Shown: one piece after another, positions 14,547 through 27,351 of the stretch
Position numbering within the stretch: the first letter of the stretch is position 1
How the letters are laid out: each line of letters starts with the position of its first letter
NCBI GenBank assembly: GCA_043228905.1
Contig: JBHGNT010000002.1
Location: forward strand, 16,058,001 to 16,122,000
Length of the DNA stretch: 64,000 nucleotides
Source: Azolla caroliniana
Taxonomy: Eukaryota > Plantae > Polypodiophyta
Direction of reading: 5' to 3'
Notes under the pieces: model-generated
What the model saw: only the letters and a program-made list of their open reading frames with translations
What the model was told of the DNA's origin: nothing
The model's database searches: none
Position numbers and translations under genes: made by a program

Positions 14547-15139
14547 ATGGTTCCTCGCAAGTTGACGTCGAGGAGAGTAGGATGGCTTGTCTTCCTCACC
14601 ATTTTGGTAGCCATCTCCCTTGTTGGCAGTGCAATGTGGTCTCTCAGGGCATCATCTCCTTCTTCTTCTTCTTCTTCTTCTTCTTCTTCTTCTTCTTCTT
14701 CTTCTTCTTCTTGCTTTTTCTTCTTCTCTGTGTTGTGCAAATCTTTGAATTTGAAGATGCGCGAATCCAACAGCAGACCATCACCATTCCTCCTCAGGAG
14801 GCCCAGAACGGATGGAGAGATATCTTCGTTGGCATTGAGTAGATATGTGTTGAGCCAATGTTCGGAGGAGAGAAGCCGATCCCGATCCCGATCCCGATCT
14901 TCTCGACCCAAGCTCGCCTTCTTGTTTCTCACCCGTGCTGCCCTTCCTCATGAGAGCCTTTGGGAGCTATTCTTTGAGGTACACATTCTTCCCTTTCATT
15001 GACCTCCCTTTCTCTATTTCCTCTCTGTTAAAATTTATATTTTTGGTATGATTAGACACATTCATTCATGTTTGGATTCTTTTTTTGGCTTCCCCTTTCT
15101 GTTTTTAAGTACATTTCATTCTAAACTCTAAATCTTTAA

Positions 15140-15191
<52 letters not shown>

Positions 15192-17490
15192 GGCTGTTGG
15201 CTTGGTGGTTTACTAGTTGAACGAATCCAATTTCTATCCTTTTCCATGGACTAGGCCCATAGATCGCAATCAGTCTCCCGTGGACTTTAAAAAGATCTCT
15301 CTCCTCTGTCTCTCTCTCTCTCTCTCTCATAGGCCCAGCAATGGGGGTGGTTTAGGGATTGCTATCATGAAGTAAACCACCTTTTGAATGTTGGGTTTTG
15401 TTGCAGTTTATTGTAGAAAAATTGACCCATCATCGGATTCATTTGCTCGTGCCATGGCCAGGGGCACGAGGGCATGTACTCAATCTATGTGCACGCATCA
15501 GAGAAAGGACATCCTCGGACAAGTCGTTTATTCAAGGGTCGAGATATACACAGTGAGAAGGTAAACCCTTCATATGCTTATATGTGTAAATATGCATTCA
15601 TGCATGCATGTGTATATTTATGTATGTAATATGTATGCATGAGACGTAATTACTGCATGTATGCATATATGACACGCAATTGTTGTTTATAAGTGTGCCT
15701 TAAATTATTGCAGATCTATGTTTCTTCCTATATATTCATTTTGAAACAAAAAACTATTGAATTTATATTTTGTTCTTAACAAATATTGAGAAGGCAATTT
15801 CTTTTGCGTGAATTTAAATATATATGTATTTCTAAGATGGCATTATAGTACGTATGCCTCTTAAAAGTATGTATTCTGATATAACATTTTCTTTCATCCT
15901 CTGTAGGTAGCATGGGGAAAGATAGACATGATAGATGCAGAGAGACGTCTTCTTGCAAATGCCCTCTTGGATAAGGATAACGAATATTTCATTTTGCTTT
16001 CTGAAAGGTGGAGAAGGATTTCATCGATCTGTTGTCTTTGTGGCGTTGTCATTCTCCACGTATTTTTTGTTTACTCACCAAAGTCATTGTTCTTCATAGT
16101 TGCGTTCCCTTGCGAAGTTTCAACTACATCTACGAGTATTTCATGAATACAACAATCAGCTTTGTCGATTGGTATGAAATATTAGTCAGTGTTTTATAGA
16201 CTCATATAGCTATATCTATCTATAGCAAACAGTCATTCTTGACACATTTCTTTCCAGTTTTTATGATCCTGGGCCTCATGGTGTTGGACGCTATCTTCAA
16301 GGTATGAAACCTGAAGTGCAACAATATGATTTCTCGAAAGGTGCTCAGGTAATGTTTATTGTATTCCCGTATATAGAAGACAATAAGATGACACACTGGT
16401 AAAAAATAATAAATGAAACACAAAGAAACATTTTGTTAAAATCTCATTTGAAATTGTATCTATTTTATTTAGTGGTTTGCAATACACAAGCAACATGCAC
16501 TTCTTATAGTGGCTGATTCCTTGTATTATCGAAAGTTTCAAGATTTTTGCAAGGTAGTGAATACTTTACAAAGATCGTTTTGGTATTTATGCAAACAAAT
16601 GCTTGGGCATTAATGTCAAGACAATTTCTTTGATTGTATATATTTATATGCATGTAATACGTAGCCAGGGGAAGAATTTCACAATTGCTATCCAGATGAG
16701 CACTATGTCCAGACATTTCTTCATGTAAGGGCTTCTTTTTCTGTTTCATGTTAAAGTTAATTTTTCTTTCCTGAAGAGTGTATTTAGGGTTAGCTCTTTT
16801 ATTTCATTTAAGAATTAGCAATTTTTAGTTTTCTTTACTTCATGTAAGTACTTAGGGTTAGTTTTCTGGTTATGTAAGTGATTAGATTAGTTAGGGTCTT
16901 CCATTCCTAAAATTTTGTTTTATTATATTGTGGGTAAATGGTATATATATAACCTTTTCTTGGATGTAAACATGGGTATTTTCTTATTTAGATTATCGAT
17001 CCTGGTGGCATTTCCAACTGGTCGGTTACACATGTGGACTGGAAGAATCAGAAATGGCATCCACGATCATATACAAAAGAAGATGTGAGCTTACAGTTAT
17101 TGAGACAAATCCAGGTATTATTTGTAATTTCAAAAAACTTTCAGACGAAAAAAAGTATTTCCATAGTTCAAGTGTTTCATTTTTTATTTCCTTACTGTTT
17201 TTGTAATTCTGTAGGAAATTGATGAGACTGTACATGTTACTAGTGATTCAAAGGTGAGGATCACATATTTTATATAGGGAAAAGCCCATGATGATAGATA
17301 TCAAGTGAATTACATGAATGATTGTTTGATGGAATGAGCTGTAACATAGTTTTTTTTCCAGAGTCAGGAGACAAGGCGACCTTGCATGTGGAATGGAGCC
17401 AAGCGTCCCTGTTATTTGTTTGCAAGGAAATTTGAGGCTGATACAACGAATTCCATGGAAGTTTTATTTTCAAATTACACGACCTTGTAA
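14547..17490 (+). CDS. Core-2/I-branching beta-1,6-GlcNAc transferase family (BC10/DUF266-like) glycosyltransferase, 10 exons, 408 aa
   Basis: GT-AG exons 14547-14978, 15462-15560, 15907-16007, 16100-16171, 16258-16348, 16473-16553, 16665-16724, 16992-17114, 17215-17253, 17362-17490 splice in frame (1227 nt). Motifs: N-terminal TM anchor, PKLAFLFLT, YSIYVH, VAWG..MIDAERRLLANALLD, LLSESCVPL, KGAQWF, CYPDEHY, THVDW, CYLFARKF. Confidence 0.93.
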
Positions 17491-18019
17491 CTACTAATTG
17501 GAATAAAAGTGGTGCCAGTGAATCATATTTGGTGAGATACGGATATCAATAATAATAGTATATTAATGCCATGTAGAAAAACAAAATGATATGGATGTGT
17601 CCATGTGAATTGGGATCTAATTCGACATTCAACGAGTTTTGTAACAACATCAGACCTTTTGATGTGTTTGTATCCTACTTCTCACTCATGGTTCACTCCC
17701 CAACTGCTCATATTATTTTTACTTTTTGGAGCATGCTAATGCAACAAAGATTTGTTGGGTTGCTCAAAAGAATGCCATGAACATAGAAAAGCTTTCATAT
17801 GCTTATTTTGTTGTAACTCATCTCTAGTTTTCATGACAACGTCTATATCCTACCTATGACCATGTGTTTTGTTTTGGTTGAATGATCCAATTTGAATCTT
17901 TTGGCTTATATATGTTGTCTAATGGCAGCATTTTATTTTAGATTAAGGCATTAGAGTCTTCAAAGTGTTAATATGGCTTGCTTTTGAATGATGCATTATA
18001 CATTTTTTCCAAATGTGAA

Positions 18020-18440
18020 CTTTGCCTTACTTTCTTGCATCTTTTTGTGTTGAAATCAGTGAAGTTATCTGATCGTGTGCCTATAACAATTCTTTGATCC
18101 ATTTTTTTTATCGATTTGAAAAAAGTAATGCATTTTGATCTCGTCTTGGAAACACTATTGAATTATGGTGACATAGGACGGAATGTTGTTGGGGTATGAC
18201 ATGTTCTTTTGAGGTTCATACTTTCTTTGCCTTACTTTCTTGCATCTTTTTGTGTTGAAATCAGTGAAGTTATCTGATCGTGTGCCTATAACAATTCTTT
18301 GATCCATTTTTTTTATCGATTACTTATTTGAAAAAAGTAATGCATTTTGATTTTGTCTTGGAAACACTATTGAATTATGGCGACATTGGACGGAATGTTG
18401 TTGGGGTATGACATGTTCTTTTGAGGTTCATACTTTCTTT
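18020..18440. repeat. Tandem duplication (about 205-212 bp) downstream of the host gene
   Basis: CTTTGCCTTACTTTCTTGCATC starts at 18020 and 18225; the units are near identical. Confidence 0.9.
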
Positions 18441-18536
18441 TATTATTATGGACCTATATATCTCTTGAAATTTAAACTTTTGTGTTACCATGTTTCAAGA
18501 TTCCATTAAATAAAAGTTTATATTCTCTCAAATAAC

Positions 18537-18918
18537 TAACAATCGGCAACAGTTTGGTTTGGTTTGAGAGGGTCCAAACCGGTTTGGAACCAAACCGTTA
18601 AACCATAAAAACCGCGTGGTTCGGTTTCGGTTTTTAACATAGGTCAAATATTTAATTTTTAAAATTTTAAAATTTTAAAATTTTTATAATGTTCATAAAA
18701 TGTGAGAATAAGGTCTAAAAATGAAAAGATTGTTTAAAAACAATTTTTAAAAATTGTAAATTTTTTTAAAAATAAATAAATAAATAAATAACCATTAAAT
18801 TGTTTAAACCGCAGTTTTTTATTGTTGAAACCGAACCTAAACTGAACCATTGAAACCGTTAAGCTGTTAAACCGTGGTTTCGCTGTTCGGTTCAGTTCAA
18901 ACCGAACTGTTGCCGTTA
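18537..18918. mobile_element. hAT-type MITE
   Basis: TIR CGGCAACAGTT(T/C)GGTTT at both ends; TA termini; perfect 8-bp TSD CAAATAAC (18529-18536 and 18919-18926); AAACCG motifs. Confidence 0.8.
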
Positions 18919-21900
18919 CAAATAACCCAAGATTCTAAAAATATGAGTTAAAGTGCAATTAAAAATCAAGTTTAAAGTGCAATTAAGATTCATTTTAATT
19001 GTATCTATAATTTTGCTCAATAAAATTACCACTTAAATGGAAGAAACCCAATGATATGTTTATTCAAAGTAGATTGTTATTAGGATACTTTAAAAGTGTG
19101 GTGACATAATGAGAATAATGAGAAAGGGGGACAAATCATTTTCAACAAATAATTGGGAGCTTGAGTAATCCAAACATGGATGCATTCAGACAAAGAAAGA
19201 TTTTACGATGGTAGTCTACTAGGAACTTACAACATGCAATAACTTGTATTTTTATGGTGTAAGCAAATAAGACATTCGATATAACATGGCCCAAACATAT
19301 ACCATACAAACAAATGATGGGGAAATTAACAATGCAATCAAACAAAGTGATAATTCGGGTGGCAAAGTATGTTGCAAACGATAGATACAATATTGTTAGG
19401 GGCAAAACAATGCAATCTGAGCTTGATCCCTAGATTTAAATTGAATTGTCAAATTCTTTTGGATGTTTTTTGATACATCTATCAAATATGAGTACTTCCA
19501 ATTGTGAATCATTTCAAGTTCTCCCATGAGAAAACATAGTCATTTAATCATAACGTTAAGGAATTTGGAGATCAGATGCTAACCATTGTTGTGGAAATAT
19601 AAAGTTAATATAATTCCCCATTGAATCCATATCCTTATGTAATCTACTCCAGGTATTATTGCTAATTGTGAAAGTTAATATGCGGAAGCTTAGATAAACC
19701 AGCTCAACCAGATAACAACAATAAAACATAAATGAAGGTTTAATGGAAGCTTAAGAATATACAATACACAGGAGAGACAGAGAGAGCAGAATAGCATAAA
19801 ATTAATTCAAAATAATAACATTGTGCATACAAATGTCCTACAGAACACTTTTTATACAAGTTCTTAAAGGATTGACAGAAGTACTCACATGTACTTCAAT
19901 GCTCATACGAGCGATTTACACTAACTCCAAGGACTATGCCTATGTACAAGGCTCGGACCGTAGGCACCAACGACCTACTGGTTCTCACTATTCCGGAGTA
20001 TGATCCGGTTCTCCGGTTTGGCTCTAGGTTTCGGATACCAATATATCCAGACACCTATCCAATTCTCCGTTCTGATTACCGATCCGGTTCTGGCTTATTC
20101 AGCCGATCCAGATCCGGTTGAGCTTGCCCGCTCAACACTCCCCCTCAAACTCAACTTGAGGTCGGATCGCTGTGTGTCCACCGATCCTTTTCTCCGGCTC
20201 CTCCTGGCGTTTTCCCGCCTTGCTCGCGCTCCTTGACCCGTCCGGTTCACCTTACCACGACCCGTCCGGTTTTGCGCTCCTTGACCTTCTCGGTTAGCTT
20301 GTTTGCTCATAAGGCCACTCACAACTCCTTCGGTGTTGTGACTTCGGCGCTTCTTGACCCGTCGGTCCCTCCATATCGGTATCTACTTCTGCTGCCTCCT
20401 CGTCCATTTGGCCGTGAGTTGATCCGGCTCATCCGAATCAACCACCTCTTCCGAATCGGGTGACTCCGATTCGTTCCAACTCTTGTTGGAATTGGCTATC
20501 TCCAATTCTTCCTCAATATTCAGGCCCTTTACCACATTAGACCACGTCTGGGTCTTGGTCTTCTCCTTCCGATCAACTCTGTCCTTCTTGACTTTGCCAC
20601 CGTCGCCGCTTGTTCCGACGTGCCGACTTCTTCAGTCGACTCAGCTTCCTTCTTCTTCTTGTCTCCCCTTGTCTCTCCGGCTCTTTGTCCGGTGCCATTA
20701 CCTATTTTCCTAGTTCCCGTTCTGGTTTCCTCCTTTCTCCCCCTCAAGTGCGGCATGTCGAGATGCTGAAGACCAAGCATCTCCGAAAAATGTTGCAACT
20801 TGTCGGTCCAGAGGGCCTTGGTGAGGATGTCGACAACCTGCCGATCCGTCTGTACGTACCGGAGTTCGACTTCACCAGTGAGGACCCGCTCGCGCACAAA
20901 GTGGTAATGCACTTCTATATGCTTTGTCTGAGCATGGAACACAGGGTTCTTGGCTAGCTACATGTTGCTCATTTTGTCACTGTAGATCGGGATTGGAGTC
21001 GGGACTTCCATCCAGAGGTTTTGCAGCAGCTGCCAAAGCCATATGGCTTCACAAGTGGCAACGAGAGCGCCCCGTTATTCAGCCTCAGTGCTTGATAGAG
21101 CCACAGTCGGCTGCTTTTTGCTGCTCCACACAACAACCACGCTACCTAGAGAGAACATGTAACCGGAAGTGGACAGACGATCTGTCGCATCACCGGCCCA
21201 GTTGGCATCCGTATATCTGACTAGCTTTTTGGTTATACTGTGTCGGTATAACAATACTCGGTCCTTAGTGCCGCTAACATACCTCAGTATTCGGTGTGTG
21301 CACTGAAGGTGCGCCATGGTTGACTTTTGCAAAAACTGACTTATCATTCCGACTGGATAGCTAATGTTGGGTCAGGTGATAGTAAGATAGATGAGGCTTC
21401 TGACAATTTGTCTAAACCGTTTCTCGTTGCAGGCCGGTCTAGAGTCAAGATGAAGCTTCAAGTTCCCGTTTACGAGTGTTGAAACCGGTCGGCATTCGGT
21501 CATGCCAAATTTGTACAACATATTCCTCACATAATGGTATTGAGATAACAATATGCCGTTGGGGGTATGGATCACTTCGATCCCAAGGAAGTAATGAAGG
21601 TCCCCTAGGTCCTTCATTTCGAATGTGTCCGACAATTGGGACTTCACTCGGCCGATTTCAACGAGGTTGGGTCCGGTGATGACTAGATCATCTACATATA
21701 GCAGGATACATACTGGACCGTTCGGACCTTTCCGGATGAAAAGTGAAGAGTCTGACTTCGAGGCAGCAAACCCGATCTTACGCAATCGCTACGCGATCTT
21801 CAAATTCCAAGCGCGGGGGGCTTGCTTCAAGCTGTAAAGGGACTTCTTGAGTCACCACACTACCAACTTGTTCATCTCCGACTAAAATCTGAGGGGCTAG

Positions 21901-23744
21901 ATCATGTAGACCTGTTCTTCAAGATCACCTTGAAAAAACACATTCTTCATGTCCATTTGGTGAAGATGCCATCCCCTTGCTGCAACAACGGCCAGCACCA
22001 CATGAACCGTCGTCATCTTCGCTACTGGGGTGAAGGTTTCTTCATAGTTGATTCCGTGGGTCTCTGCATATCCTTTCGCCACTAACTGTGCCTTGTACCA
22101 GTTGAGCACACCATCAACATTAATAATTATACTTTACCTTGTACATCCACTTGCAAGCGATCGATTTGCAATGTCAACCATGTCCCATGTGTCGTTGGCA
22201 TGGAGTTCCTGCATCTCTTCCTCCATTGTGGCACGCCAATTCACGTCTTTTGTTGCCTCTGCATAGCTCTCTAGCTCACCACCTTCGCCACTTTCGTCAT
22301 GTATGCATAGTGCTGCGCCATGTACTCGTTATACCCATACCGTTGATCGACGTAACTTCTCGTTAGCCGATTTCAAGGCCCTCTTGGCCGGTTCAGACTT
22401 CATTCTTTCCGGAGTCAGACTCGCTCCAATCCAACTCTTCCCTATCTGTGCCATACTTCGACAACTTCTTCTTCCCTTTTTCTTTACATGTGAACCGTCT
22501 CCTCAGTTCCTTGCGCGGGGAAAGCACGGTCGAGTCTCCACTACTCGCCAACTCGTCATCTGACTGGTCATTTGGACTTAGTCGCTCATTCGGCCCACTT
22601 AGCCGGAATGAGGTCGGACTCTCGTCCAGAGTGCTAAATCCTTCTTCCTCTTCAACCCGAATTGTTTCAGGCTCATTGGCATCATCCTCTAGAATCGGGT
22701 CGGAGTTAGGGGTCGGACTCTGTCGAGAGTACCATGATGCCGACTCATCAAATTGGACATCTCGACTCAATCAAGCTTGTTTTTTTTGGGGATTATAACC
22801 CTTTTCTTCTCATTCGGCACATGCACATTGGCAATGCTACTGAATATCCTAAGGTGCCTTAAATTCGGCTTCCGTCCGAAATATACCTCGTGTGCCGACA
22901 CCTTATCCCTAATCTGGTTTTGAATATAGACGGCCGTTTGGACCGCTTTGGCCCAATAGAACTTGCGCATGCTTTTCTTTTCCAGTATTGCCTGTGCCGC
23001 CTCAACAATAGACCGATTCTTCCTTTTGGCCAAACCGTTTTGTTCTAGTATGTATCTGCAACTGAATTCTCTTCGAATTCCCTTTTGTTGCAGATAACTA
23101 TTGAATTGGTTGGAAAAGTATTCTTTTCCGCCATCCAATCACAAGCACTTGATCTTCCTCTCCGTTTCCCGTTCGACAAGACTTTGCAGGTTCCACAAAC
23201 AGTTGAAAACTTCGCTTTTCTTCTCTATGAGGTAGATCCATGTGTGCGGGCTGTAGTCATCGATGATGGAGACGAATTATTGGCTCCTGCCAAGACTAAC
23301 ATTCTATGACGGTTTAGAAGCTCCAGAGTCAACGTACCACACTTCCTCCGATCCAGAAGTGGTCTTCTTCATTGAGTTCGCCTTGTAACATGTTCGCGTT
23401 CACAAGTGGAAGGATCGCACATAAATGGAAGGATAAGGGAAATTTTAGGGGTTTTTCAATGATTTTACAAAACACATTGATACCAGTATCATACATGTTC
23501 AAACATACTATGAAAAAGGTTAAAAATCCACTATTTTCGTGATTTAGAAGTAACTAAAAAAAGACGAATTTCAAAAAGATACATTCTCAATTTATATCAC
23601 AAACTTTACAACCAATGTTATTTTATAAGAAACGATTTTTTAGAAATCATAAGAATTCAAAACACATGATTTTATATTACTCGATTTGTTACAAGCGGAA
23701 TGTAGTTACACTTAATAGCCAAATATACATTCATGATCACTCCT

Positions 23745-26499
23745 TTACGGAGAATCACTACTATAACTAATATACAATGATGATTCCTCCTCATCATCCT
23801 CGGATGTACCAATCAATGCATTATCTTCGTCATAAACCAAATGGTTTGACTCTAGATTATATGTAGCAGATCTCGTTTGCCTTTGACTCGAGCCACCTTG
23901 TAGACCTGGTAATTTTTCTTTTATTATATCTATTGTTGACTTCCTTAATCGTCCGGCTTTTGTAAGTGTGAAGTCGTACACGATGATATCCACATCAGAG
24001 ATATCAAGGGTCGAGGTGTTACGAATGTTTCGCTTCCTCTTCCTACCTCCCCTTCTTGTTTGGCATTCAATCATCTCCAATGTACACTTACCTGTAAAAG
24101 CATTTGCACTTCTAGTGTTGTACCAATGAACATTTATAGACTTGATCGTGTTTTCTATTTCATGCATTAGCACTTCTAGAATTTTACCAACCCAAAATTG
24201 GTGGCCATGTGAGTTCTCATCAGCCGGCGTTGCAATCAACATCCCCGCGGTGAGCTCTTGCAAATTTCCTTGCCATCTAGCTTCGGCTGCTTTGGTTATC
24301 CTTGGTCCCACATAAATGTCTCTTTGTTGTGGATGGACCAAGCTGTCATTAATCACATTTACTAGTTGCTCCGGACTTCTATTTACGCGATCATGTTGCA
24401 GCGACCATGTGAATGGCGTTTCCAAATTCCAATTATCAACAGATACACAATTGTCTATAATTTCTTTCTGATCACTATAAAATACATCCCACCATGACGT
24501 GTCTTGTTGTGCGGCATATTTCTTGGCGGCCTCAATATGCTTTCTTTTTTCTTCTAAGGCTTGGAGCCATGACTGTTTTTGTTCTGATACCAAGTCGCTC
24601 TGCAACTGTCCTTTCTTCTCAATTGGCATTTGCTTAGCTCCATGGACAATTGTACTCGGCATACAAAGTAATAACTGGCAACCACCTTCAGGTTCCCATG
24701 TTGTAGAAGATGAATATTGTTTAGCATACAAAAGTGTAGAACCACTTATTCCATTTTTCTTTATCATAAAAATGTGATTGAAACTTATATTGTTTAACTG
24801 AGCAAGCACTTTAACATTCCCACCACCCCCATCTAATATATATCTCTTAAAGTCATATACCTCCTTCAAGTGTAACACTTTTGGGCGTGGTGTATAAGCA
24901 TCACAAATGACATCAAATAGTTTAGGTAAAGTGAAAGCATCATGCCGAGACAACTGTCTGGAGAATGTGCTAAACATCTGATCTATATGGTCATGTGTGT
25001 GGCCAACCAAAAGGAAATTGACTTTCACTTTCCTAAACAATTCTAGGTTGACCAACATACTTAGATAGCCAAATACAGTTGATTTTTTGTTCTCTCTAGC
25101 AGTATTGTCCAATTGAATGTATAGACATCAAAACTCGGTGAATCACTGTAACTGTTAGGTTAGGGTCATTGTGAACATTGGGGTAAGTAATGAAGACGTG
25201 AGGTCGAACAGACCTATTATAAGCCAAGCATCCCACCAAGTGCATTTGAACAAGGCACTCATCATTGACATCTTTGGGGAGCCTCCGCATATGCGGCAAG
25301 CATGTCTTCTTCTGGTCCATGCCATCTATCATTAAGCACATGTATTGTTCGGGCCTCTTCAAACACTTCTCTCTATGATGCATCGCCTTCCTTCGTTCTA
25401 AGGATTGTGCCTCACGATGCTCTTGTAGTAACTTCTTACTCGTATCCTTTTCCATTGATGTCTTTGCACCTTTAGCCAAACTTTTAAGATTTGCACAAAT
25501 GGAGCAATACCCCATACGTACTTTACGAGGAATAATAACATTTGAAAACCGAGCTCTCCATAATCTTGTGAATTGGCTATAGGTGATAGACTTATTACGT
25601 GAGCCCAGCATATCAGATCGATAGACATCATAAACTTCCCGACGTGTATAATTATCAGAAAGATGCATCCTACCTGTAGTGGGCATTACTTCACAATTTA
25701 ACTGAAAGTAAGTTTTCATCCAGCCAATAGCATGTCTTCCAATTGCACCTTTCATACTTGGAACCTCTTTACAATTGAGCATCTGATCCCCGCTAAGTAG
25801 ACGTTGTTGTACTCTATGTAGCCGCATGTTACTAACACATAACGCAATTTTGAATGCAACTCTACATATCTGTTGCGCATGGAAGATATAATACTCGAAT
25901 GATACTTTGATCCCCGTACATTTGTCAGATACTAGTTGCATATGTGACCCGAGGTAAGTGTCTTGCTCATCACCGGTCATCGAAAAATAGTATCGCCTTA
26001 ATTCTCGCAACTTTGATTTTCCAATCATAGACATACAACCACGGGCACAACATATTTTTTTGACATCAAATCCAATCTGTTTATCTGATGTCACCAAGCT
26101 AAATCTAGCCAGACGAATTCTTCGTGGGATTCTTCTAATATGCATAGGGCTCCCAGATTTCTCTTCCTGCATAGAGGTTGGTGTAACCTTGTTACAGTCT
26201 AATTCTCTGTTGTGACCATCGCCAATGTTATTCAATGTTTCCTGGGCACTTCCTTCATTCTCGGTATCTTTATTAATATCGTATTCTTCAATAGAGAACT
26301 CTTCACATGTGTCATTATTTACATTCCCTGTAGATGAGCTCAGACAATATTCTTCGATAGAATATGGTGAGTCGGTCGACAGACAATATTCTTCAATCGA
26401 ATATGGTGACTCTGTTGACAAACAATACTCTTCAGTAGAAAACGATGGGTCTGATGACAAACAATATTCTTCAATCGAGAACGGTGAATCTTCACTCAT
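23745..26499 (-). pseudogene. DUF7869-like (possibly Sola-related) DDD/E transposase with a single frameshift near 25125
   Basis: ORFs 25096-26499 and 23745-25112 join as HRVLM-(+1 nt)-LYIQLDNTARENK. Candidate catalytic motifs CLMIDGMDQ, QLDN and FLLVGHTHDHIDQMFS; upstream Cys/His clusters CCARGC and CSICANL. The gene lies inside the TIRs. Confidence 0.8.
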
Positions 26500-27200
26500 G
26501 GCATAAGGTCTAGATAGGGCTCTCTAAGTTATGTGCTTAAGGTAAGGAAAAAAACTAATAAGCTCCTCTCTAAACATATACTCCTCTCTAAACATAAACT
26601 TCTCTCTAAACAAAAGCCAAATCAATAGAATGTCTATATTATGTAATATTCTATTAATACAATACATCAAAAAATTATTTTTAATAAAGTAATTGTACTT
26701 AAAATATCAATTATTATATAAACTACATCTATATGAAGTTAAATCAAGTAAAATATAAAACTAATCATTAACAAGCCATGAATATGTTGGATTAATGTTA
26801 AAATCATTGGCTAATTAATGGCACCCATTTTAATATAGAACGTCTCACTCATTGGTTCTTTAATGCTCACCATTTTAAATATTAGACTTATCAATCATTG
26901 GTTAATTCATGCCAACATCTTTAATACATAACATTTGAGAGTCATAAAAATGGTTGCTTTTAGTAATCAATCATTGGTACATTCATGAACCTCTATCATT
27001 GTTTCCTTTATAACCTTTGAAGTCATTGTAGGTTGTTATGACTATAAAAGATTGATCAATATGTTAGTTTGACTTTGTAATCATTAATACAATCATAAGT
27101 TACTCTAGTTAATGTGACTATGGTTACCAACTAACTATCCTCAAAGTTACCAACCTTGGTTAAGGTGACTATGGTTACTTTAACCAATGTTGTCAATCCC

Positions 27201-27208
27201 TATAAATA
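27201..27208 (+). promoter_or_regulatory. TATA box of the methyltransferase gene
   Basis: CCTATAAATAGG lies about 150 bp upstream of ATG 27352. It is followed by a leader with 9-mer AGAGCACAC repeats. Confidence 0.55.
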
Positions 27209-27351
27209 GGAAGACCTCGTCATATTTCACTCACAAGAGCGTACAGAGCGTACGGAGCACACAGAACGTAGAGAGCACACAAAGCACACAGAGCACACAG
27301 AGCACAAAGCACGAAAGCGCGATCTCCGCCTCCACTTCCACACGATCAACC

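Noticed and set aside
14462-14932. Antisense poly-Glu ORF and alternative-frame poly-Phe ORF
   Set aside because: They are shadows of the TCT microsatellite in exon 1 of the glycosyltransferase.
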